The notes beneath the pieces were generated by a model that was given only the letters and a program-made list of their open reading frames with translations, ran no database searches and had not been told where the DNA came from. A stretch of 64,000 bases of DNA, taken from contig JBAVKQ010000093.1 in NCBI GenBank assembly GCA_049688395.1, positions 2,775 to 66,774 on the forward strand, written 5' to 3'. Position numbers and translations under genes: made by a program. The DNA is from Candidatus Nanopelagicales bacterium. Its GTDB lineage: Bacteria > Actinomycetota > Actinomycetes > S36-B12 > CAIYMF01. Shown here in pieces: positions 56,565 to 64,000 of this stretch (within the stretch, counting starts at the first letter, position 1; every line of letters starts with the position of its first letter).

Positions 56565-57533
56565 TCAGGACCAGTCGAACACCGAGTGACGCCACCTGAA
56601 CGCCACCGCCGCGTCGAGGGTGGCGGGGATTCCGGTGCGGACGCTGGGATAGGTGGGCTCGATCCCCAGCTCCCGCCACAGCCGAGTCCCGTTCACCGGC
56701 AGATCGAGATTCCAGCCCCGGACGGTGTCGGCGCTCACGAGGGTCGGGCCCAACCGGCCCAGTGGCACACCGCCCACGGCTGCGGCACCGGCGGCGAGGT
56801 GCTCCGGGACTCGCACGACGCGCACGCGCGGTGCGAACGAGGCGAGGACGTCGAAGAACGTGTTCCACGTGGCGTTGTCGTTGTCGCCGCACGGTGCGGT
56901 GCCCGTCCAGCCCTGCAGGGCCGCGGCCACGAGAATCCGCGCAGCGTCCTCCACGTGGAGTTGGGCGAAACGGTTGTCCCCGATGCCGGGGAAGACGACG
57001 ACCCGGCGTCGGATCAGCCCGAAGAGCAGGCTCTGCGGCCCGTACACGTGGGGGAGTCGTACCGCGGCCACGGTGGGGCCGCCCGCTGCCGCGACCTCGG
57101 CGAGCGCAGCCTCGGCCGCCACCTTCGCGCGTCCGTAGTCCAGCCGTGGACTGGCGGGCGTGTCGTCGTCCACCGGCGTGGAGCCGTCGTGCACGAACGT
57201 GCTCGATCCGAACACGAAGTGGCCGACCCCGGCCGCCGCTGCCGCGCGGGCCAGGGCTGCGGTGCCCTCGACCAGCGTGGGGCTGAGCCGGTCGTAGGAC
57301 TCGAACGTGGCTCGCCCGGCGAGGTGGATGATGGTGTCCACTCCTTCGACGGCCCGTCGCAGCGCGGGCGCCGACAGCAGGTCGCCGTGCACAGGTTCGA
57401 CGTCGAGCGGCGAGAGCAACGATGCCCGCGCCACGCGGCGCACCATGACGCGGGGGCGCACGCCCTCCAGGTTCAGGCGGCGCACCACCTCGATGCCGAT
57501 GAAGCCGGTCGCGCCCGTTACGAGGATCGTCAC
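56565..57533 (-). CDS. NAD-dependent epimerase/dehydratase family protein
   Basis: GTG 57533 (VTILVTGATGFIG). YGRAK catalytic motif. Confidence 0.8.
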   Translation of the reverse strand: MTILVTGATGFIGIEVVRRLNLEGVRPRVMVRRVARASLLSPLDVEPVHGDLLSAPALRRAVEGVDTIIHLAGRATFESYDRLSPTLVEGTAALARAAAAAGVGHFVFGSSTFVHDGSTPVDDDTPASPRLDYGRAKVAAEAALAEVAAAGGPTVAAVRLPHVYGPQSLLFGLIRRRVVVFPGIGDNRFAQLHVEDAARILVAAALQGWTGTAPCGDNDNATWNTFFDVLASFAPRVRVVRVPEHLAAGAAAVGGVPLGRLGPTLVSADTVRGWNLDLPVNGTRLWRELGIEPTYPSVRTGIPATLDAAVAFRWRHSVFDWS

Positions 57534-57630
57534 CTGCTCAGGGTTGCACAGGGCCGCGCACTTGGCGCCCGAGCGAGGAGCCGACGACCCCGAATCGCGC
57601 CATCCGTCGGCGCTGTGGGTCCCAGGCCGC

Positions 57631-60108
57631 TCAGAGTCGTGGGTCGACCGGCTCGGACTCCAGGGCGAGCACCGCGAAGACCGACTGGTGCACCGTCCAG
57701 AGCGGCTCGTGGTCGACGAACGCGCTGAGGGCTTCGAGACCCAGGCCGTGCTCACTCAGGGCGAGGTGGCGCTTCCTGCCCAGATGCCGGTCGCGCAGCA
57801 CGTCCAGCGAGTCGGTGTAGTCAGGTCCGTAGATGATTCTCAGGTACTCCCGGCCACGCACCTCGATGCCGGGTTGGATGCGTCCCTGGGTCAGGTGCGC
57901 GGGCTTGACGACCATCCATTCGCCGCCGGCGGCAGTCAGGTCGAGCCACCACTGCGTCGCCGCGTCGCGTTGCGCGCGCGAGGCGAGATCGACGAAGCGG
58001 TGGCGCGTGGGGGTGATCAGGTCGCCGGTCACCGCGGCCAGCGCGGCGAGGTGCCACTCGTGGGGCTCGGTGAGCGCCAGCGCGCGGCCCTCGGCCGCCA
58101 GGATCTGGAACGGCGCCAGAGTCACCCCCTCGAGCCCGTCGGTCGGCCCGACGTACGCCGCGTAGGCGGCACGGAACGCCTGGGCGTTGGCGAGCCTGCC
58201 CTGCGTCCTGGCGGCCAGGTGCCCCACGTCCAGGCCGCGGGCCGCGGCCTGCTCGAGGACCGCCAGCGCTTCGGGAAGGGCATGACGGGCGGCGGCCCCG
58301 ACCGAGGCGTACTGCGACGTGATCACATCGACCGCCTTGGCCGACCACGGCAGCAGCTCGCAGTCCAGAGCCAGCCAGTCGGTGTCCAGCGACTCGAACA
58401 GCGCAGCCGTCGTGACGCGGAGCTGATCGACCAGCGCCGCCATGTCAGCGAAGAACGGGCGACCGGTGCGGGTGTAGACCACGCCGGTCGTACCGTCGCC
58501 GACCCCGAAGCGACGCTCGGCAGCGGCCTGGTCCCTGGCGAGGACGGCGATGGCTCGGGAGCCCATGTGCTTCTCCTCGCACACGACGCGCGTGGCACCC
58601 CAGCCGGCGTACTCGTCGAAGGCCTGCTCCGGGTGTTCCAGGAATCCATGGACCTGGGAGGTCGCGACCGGCGACATCGTCGGGGGCAGGTAGATCAGCC
58701 AGCGCGGGTCGACCGCGAACCGACTCATCACCTCCAGGGCCGCCGCAGCGTTCTCCTCGGGGATCTTCACCCTGCCTGCGTGGGCCGTGTCGAGCCAGCG
58801 GGTGCCGGCGACGTCGTCGATCTCGAGTACTGATGGCTCGCGGTCCCCGCCGGCGGCGGCCAGGGGGCGGATCGGCTCCTACCCCTCGCGCTGCGCCGGG
58901 ACCGAGACGAGATCGCGTTCGGGGTAGCGCAGCGCTGTCAACGAGCCACCGAAGACGACCCCGGTGTCCAGGCAGATCGTGTTGTTGACCCACTGGGCCT
59001 CGGGCACGGGGGTGTGCCCGTAGACGACGGTCGCCCGGCCCCGATACTCCTGGGCCCAGGGGTAGCGGACCGGCAGGCCGTACTCATCGGTCTCCCCGGA
59101 GGTGTCGCCGTAGAGCGCGAAGGATCGCACCCGACCAGAGGATCGACCGTGGTAGGACTCCTCGAGCCCGGCGTGCGCCACGACGAGCCTTCCCTCGTCG
59201 AGGACGTAGTGGCTGATCAGCCCGTTCATGAAATCGAGCGCGCGCACGCGGAACTCGCCCGGTTCGCCGCTCAGCTGGGTGAGCGACTCGGCCAGCCCGT
59301 GCGAGACGGTCACCTTCGATCCCCGCAGTGCACGCACGAGCTTCGCCTCGTGGTTGCCCGAGACGCAGAGCGCGGTGCCCGACTCGACCATGCCCATCAC
59401 CAGCCGGAGCACCCCGGGCGTGTCCGGGCCACGGTCCACGAGGTCGCTGACGAACAAGGCCTGGCGTCGGTCGGGGTGCGTGGCGCCCACTGCGAGGTCC
59501 CCGTCGTAGCGGATCGCCCACCCGAGCGCGGTGAGCAGGGTGCGCAGCTCGGCCGCGCAGCCGTGGATGTCGCCGACGATGTCGAAGGGACCAAGGAGGT
59601 CGGTGCGGTCGTTCCACGGGCGCTCGCGAACGATCTCGGCCGACTCGATCTGCTCGATTCCGCGCAGGACGCGCACACGACGGAAGCCCTCCTTGCCGAG
59701 TCTCCCGAGCGAGCGTCTCAGATCGCGCGCCTGGCGCGACACGACATGACTGCCGAAGTCGCGATCGGGTCGCGTCCGGTTGCGCTCGACGGCCACCGAC
59801 TCCGCGACGTCGATCACGATGGCGTCGACGAGCGAATCGTGGCTGCGGGCCAGGTCGATCAGCGCGGATCGGGCCGCTCTCTGGAGGTTGGTGGCATCGA
59901 CCACGGTCAGCAGTCCCCGGCGCAGCCGGGTGCCGTCGATGTAGTGCAGGACGTCGAAGGCATCCGCGGTGGCCGACTGATCGTTCTCGTCGTCGGCCAC
60001 CAGGCCCCGGCAGAAGTCGCTGGACACGACCTCGGTCGAGGCGAAGTGGGCGCGCGCGAAGGTCGACTTGCCGCTGCCGGACACCCCGACCAGAACGATC
60101 AGGCCCAT
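57631..60108 (-). pseudogene. pnkp: Polynucleotide kinase-phosphatase/ligase Pnkp, interrupted by one in-frame TAG (58879..58881)
   Basis: 58879..60108 encodes the kinase (GVSGSGKST) and calcineurin-type phosphatase (GDIHGC, DLVDRGPD, GNHE). The same frame continues after the TAG into the ligase domain (EEKHMGSR, through 57631). The frame is open across 58771..58878. Confidence 0.85.
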
Positions 60109-60142
60109 CGCGGGAACGGTGACTCGAGACGTGCGCAGTGCC

Positions 60143-61551
60143 TCAGATATCGTCGCCGCCGGCCCTGGTGAAGATCGCCATCACGGTGGGCGTACCACGC
60201 CGCTCGTCGAGGTCCCCGATGCCGCGTCGCTGGACCGAGTAGCCATAGGACGCGGCAACACGGTCAGACCATCGACCGAACTGCGCACGGGTCCACTCGA
60301 AGCGGTGGTCCGGGTGCCGCAGGCCCACCAGTCCCTCGTAGAGCGCGTTGTACTCGCGGTTCGGGGTCGTCACGATCACTGATCCCGGTCGCGCGGCGCC
60401 GAACACGATGTGCTCCAGCGCTGCCAACCGCGAGGGATCGACGTGCTCGATCACCTCCATGAGAACGGCAGCCTCGAAGCCGGCGTAGCGCTGGTCCTGA
60501 TAGGTGAGCGCGCCCTGGAACAGGTCGATACGTTCGGACTGCCGCTCACTCATCCGGTCGACGTGCAGCCGCCGGGCCGCATGCTGAAGCGATCGCATGG
60601 AGACATCGCTGCCCGCGACCCTGGTGAACGACGGGTCCTTCACCAGGCGTTCGAGGAACTGACCGGACCCGCAGCCGAGGTCGATGACCGACCGGGCCCC
60701 GAGCTCGCGCAGCACCCCATGGACGGCCTCGTGACGCTGGGTGTTGAGCGGGATCCGCTGCTCCGCGGAGCGCAGGACCTCCTCGTCGTCAGCAGGCTCG
60801 ATGGTGACCTGGACCTCGTCGCCGAGCTCGGCCAGTCGCGCGAGCGCCACCCGAGTCAGACCACCGGCCCGGGCCAGGTAGCGGCGGGTGATCAGGCCTT
60901 GTCGGGATGGCTGGCCAGCCAACCCGCACCGGAGCGCAGCAGCTGGTCGGCCTCGTCGGACCCTGCCAGTAGTGCTTGGACTCGTCCAGGACGGGCAGCA
61001 GCACGTGCAACTGGCTCAGCGCATCCGCGAGCCGGACGACGCCGGTGAAGCGAAGCCGGATGTAGCGCGAGTCGCCCCAGTCGGCGAACGCCTCGTCGAG
61101 CGCGATCGGCTCGGCGTCCACGGTCAGCCCAGCGGCTCGAAGACGCGATGCGCGATGACGGCGCCACCGCGGCACGGCAGCACCGGGATCACGATCTCCA
61201 GGGCGATGGCCGAGTCGGCCAACACCTGCCTTGCGGTGCAGCGGCCACTGCGCGGTCCGGAACACGTCGGCCAGCGCAACGCCCAGCAACGACGACGCGG
61301 AGTACGGGCGGTCGTTGACGTACTGGGCGAGGCTGAAGTCCGGAGCGTTGCGCGCCCGCGATCGCGCCAGCCGGACCGGATCCACGTCCAGCATCAGCGC
61401 GACGGTGCACCGCTGCGCACTGGCCTCGGGATAGACGACCGTGGCCGTGCCGAACGCCTGCGGGAACTCCGGCCCTCCGGTCGGGGTGCTTGTGCAGGAG
61501 GTAGCCCAGGTCGGTCGCCGGCTGGTGGGTGGTCGTCACGATCAGGAGCAC
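60143..61551 (-). pseudogene. hen1: RNA 3'-terminal 2'-O-methyltransferase Hen1; N-terminal half disrupted by about five frameshifts, methyltransferase half intact
   Basis: Hen1-like segments are read in three frames: VLLIVTTTHQPATDLGYLLHKHPDR / EFPQAFGTATVVYPEA...QYVNDRPYSASSLLGVALADVFRTA / SGRCTARQVLADSAIALEIVIPVLPCRGGAVIAHRVFEPLG / TVDAEPIALDE...LPVLDESKHYW / SDEADQLLRSGAGWLASHPDKA / LITRRYL...VIDLGCGSG...EVIEH. Confidence 0.8.
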
Positions 61552-61678
61552 GTGCTCAGTGTGCCCGAGAGCGCAGCGGGGGACCGGCGTCGGTCCGTCG
61601 GGTGGTCGGGCGGCGTCGGGCGGTCGGGCGGTCGGCGCGTGGACAGTCGCAGTGCCACGCGGATCGTAGGCTGGGGGC

Positions 61679-63397
61679 ATGTCGCCACGCCCCTATGAGG
61701 TTCTGCCCGGCCACCACGGGGGCAGGATCAAGGTCTCGGTGAGCGGCAGCGTGCTCCTGCGCATCCCGCGCCTGAACCGCGGCACCGCCTTCACCCTCGA
61801 GGAGCGGGAGCGGTTCGGCCTGATCGGGCACCTGCCCTCGGGGGTGACCCCGTTGGAGGCCCAACTGCACCGGTCCTACAACCAGTTCCTGCGCGCGGAG
61901 ACCGACCTGGACAAGTTCGCCTTCCTCTCGGCGCTGCGCGATCGCAACACCGTGCTGTTCTACCGGCTGCTCAGCGAGCACCTCGAGGAGATGATGCCGA
62001 TCGTCTACACCCCCACGATCGGGGCGGCGATCATGGAGTTCAGCCAGTCCTACCAACGCCTGCACGGGGTGTTCCTGACGATCGACACCCCGGAGCAGAT
62101 CGAGCGCTCACTGCAGGGCCAGGGCCGCAACCCCGAGGACGTCGACCTGCTCATCGTCACCGACTCCGAGGGCATCCTCGGCATCGGCGACCAGGGGGTG
62201 GGCGGCATCCAGATCGCCCTGGGCAAGAAGTCCCTGTACACCGCTGCTGCGGGCATCGACCCGAACCGGGCCATCGCGATCGTCCTGGACGTGGGCACCG
62301 ACAATCTGGCCCTGTTGTCCGATCCGCTCTACATGGGCCTGCGGCACAGCCGCATCCGCGGAGCGCGCTACGACGACTTCCTCGAGGCGTTCGTCACCGC
62401 GGTGACCACCGTGTTCCCGCACGCGATGATCCACTGGGAGGACTTCGGCGCCGCCAACGCCCATCGCGTGCTCGACAGGTATCGTGACCGGGTCTGCACC
62501 TTCAACGACGACGTGCAGGGCACCGCGGCCGTGGTCGCTGCTGCGGCCCTGGCCGCCGTCGGCTCCCAGGGCGGGCGCCTGCGCGACCAGCGCATCGTCA
62601 TCCACGGCGCAGGGACCGCCGGCGTCGGAGTCGCGGACCTGATGCGCGACATGATGATCAACGAGGGCGCCACAGCCCAGCAGGCCACTGCCGCCTTCTG
62701 GGGGCTGGGCAGTCGTGGGCTGCTCACCACCGCGCTGGGGGACCGGATCCGGCCCTTCCAGCGGCCGTACGCGCGCCAGGCCTCGGAGACCGACGCCTGG
62801 GCGCTGGACGTCGAGGGGCACATCGGCCTGGCCGACGTGATGCGCAACGTCAGGCCCACCATCCTCATCGGGACCTCGGGCCAGCCCGGGGCCTTCACCG
62901 AGCAGATCGTTCGCGAGATGGCCGCGCACGTGGACCATCCGGTGATCATGCCGCTGTCGAACCCCACCGCCCTGGTCGAGGCCACCCCAGCGGACCTGCT
63001 GACCTGGACCGAGGGTCGGGCGCTGATCGCCACCGGGTCGCCGTTCCCCGCGGTCCAACTCGCCGAGCGCGAGTACCGGATCGCCCAGGCCAACAACGCA
63101 TTCGTGTTCCCCGGCCTGGGCCTGGGCGTGGCTGTCTGCCAGGCCACCCGCGTGACCGACGCGATGATCGCCGCGGCCGCGGAGGCGGTCGCCGGGCTCG
63201 CCCACGTGGATCGGCCGGGGGCCTCGCTGCTGCCCCAGGTCTCCGAGTTGCGGATGGTGTCGGCAACGGTCGCGATCGCGGTCGCGCAGGCCGCCGAACG
63301 CGACGGTGTGGCCACGCGTGCGCTGGACAACCCCGTGCAGCAGGTGTTCGACGCCATGTGGACGCCGGTCTACCCGGAGCTCATCCTCGACCGGTGA
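61679..63397 (+). CDS. maeA: NAD(P)-dependent malic enzyme
   Basis: LNRGTAFT, VYTPT, ITDSEGILGIGDQG, and GAGTAGVG, the NAD-binding motif. Confidence 0.92.
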   Translation: MSPRPYEVLPGHHGGRIKVSVSGSVLLRIPRLNRGTAFTLEERERFGLIGHLPSGVTPLEAQLHRSYNQFLRAETDLDKFAFLSALRDRNTVLFYRLLSEHLEEMMPIVYTPTIGAAIMEFSQSYQRLHGVFLTIDTPEQIERSLQGQGRNPEDVDLLIVTDSEGILGIGDQGVGGIQIALGKKSLYTAAAGIDPNRAIAIVLDVGTDNLALLSDPLYMGLRHSRIRGARYDDFLEAFVTAVTTVFPHAMIHWEDFGAANAHRVLDRYRDRVCTFNDDVQGTAAVVAAAALAAVGSQGGRLRDQRIVIHGAGTAGVGVADLMRDMMINEGATAQQATAAFWGLGSRGLLTTALGDRIRPFQRPYARQASETDAWALDVEGHIGLADVMRNVRPTILIGTSGQPGAFTEQIVREMAAHVDHPVIMPLSNPTALVEATPADLLTWTEGRALIATGSPFPAVQLAEREYRIAQANNAFVFPGLGLGVAVCQATRVTDAMIAAAAEAVAGLAHVDRPGASLLPQVSELRMVSATVAIAVAQAAERDGVATRALDNPVQQVFDAMWTPVYPELILDR

Positions 63398-63455
63398 GGG
63401 TGCACCTGCGTCCGCCCGGGGGAATGCCACCCGCACGCGGACAGTTGGGGCAGGC

Positions 63456-64000
63456 ATGAGAGCCATCACCTACGCCCAGTACGGGGACCCCTCGGTCCTG
63501 ACCCTGACCGACCAGCCCGAGCCCCGGGTCGGGCCCGATGAGGTGCTCGTGCGGGTCCGCAGCGCCAGCGTGAACCCCGTGGACTGGAAGGTCATGGCCG
63601 GGCACCTCGACGGGTTGATGACCGTGCACTTCCCGGTCATCGCGGGCTGGGATGTGTCGGGGGTGGTCGAGCGGGTCGGGCTGGATGCCCCGGAATTCGC
63701 GGTCGGCGACGAGGTCATCGCCTACGCCCGCAAGGACTGGGTTCAGGCCGGCACCTTCGCCGAGCTGGTCAGCGTCTCGGTGCGCGCACTGGCGCGCAAG
63801 CCCCGCACCCTGGACTGGGATCAGGCCGCGGGCCTGCCGCTGGCGGGCCTCACCGCCCACCAGTTGCTCACCAGGCTGGGGGCGGGGGAGGGCGACACCG
63901 TGCTGGTGCATGCGGCTTCCGGTGGTGTGGGCAGCATGGCGGTGCAGCTCGCGGTGGCGCGCGGTGCTCGGGTGATCGGGACGGCGTCGCAGGTCAACCA
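63456..64000 (+). CDS. NADPH:quinone oxidoreductase / zinc-type ADH family, 3' end cut by window edge
   Basis: ATG 63456 (MRAITYAQYGDPSVL...VRVRSASVNPVDWK...AASGGVGSMAVQLA). The frame is open to the window end. Confidence 0.8.
   Translation, partial: MRAITYAQYGDPSVLTLTDQPEPRVGPDEVLVRVRSASVNPVDWKVMAGHLDGLMTVHFPVIAGWDVSGVVERVGLDAPEFAVGDEVIAYARKDWVQAGTFAELVSVSVRALARKPRTLDWDQAAGLPLAGLTAHQLLTRLGAGEGDTVLVHAASGGVGSMAVQLAVARGARVIGTASQVN

Noticed and set aside
61600-61628. G3-N5-G3-N7-G3-N5-G3 potential G-quadruplex, with a gtcgggcg tandem, in the divergent hen1 / malic-enzyme promoter region
   Set aside because: Such G-runs are expected frequently in DNA this GC-rich. There is no evidence of function from the sequence alone.

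Overview
High-GC actinobacterial chromosomal segment, densely coded and mostly core metabolism and transport. No transposase, integrase, CRISPR array or recognisable defence island was seen. Left to right: SpoU methyltransferase (partial), a membrane PLC-like protein, pta-ackA, a coupled RibD_C / DHPS-like / decarboxylase operon, a PAP2 protein, an osmoprotectant ABC transporter, tRNA-Leu(GAG), NUDIX-like protein, M20 peptidase, aldo/keto reductase, uppP and corA. Next come the actinobacterial phosphomutase / DUF3090 / SCO1664 trio, a CPA1 antiporter, a Sir2 deacetylase, cbiM-PDGLE-cbiQ-cbiO, cspA, gluABCD and a butanediol-type dehydrogenase. The right half holds two ArsA/Get3-like ATPases, a type III PKS / ICMT methyltransferase / flavoprotein / UbiA operon, a second CPA1 antiporter, tandem PRC-barrel proteins, a six-gene Mrp antiporter operon, a heliorhodopsin, a decayed Pnkp/Hen1 RNA-repair pair, malic enzyme and a partial quinone oxidoreductase. 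Most notable: (1) a clear heliorhodopsin with retinal Lys and counterion Glu intact; (2) a Pnkp/Hen1 RNA-repair module in which pnkp carries one in-frame TAG exactly between its phosphatase and ligase domains, and hen1 carries about five frame disruptions confined to its N-terminal, ligase-activating half; (3) a srs-like phenolic-lipid operon extended by a UbiA prenyltransferase; (4) a roughly 170-nt four-box composite intergenic repeat, present twice in inverted orientation with a third degenerate relative; (5) an uncharacterised pterin-type three-gene operon. Every functional call rests on reading the translated ORFs and recalling family motifs. No database search was run.
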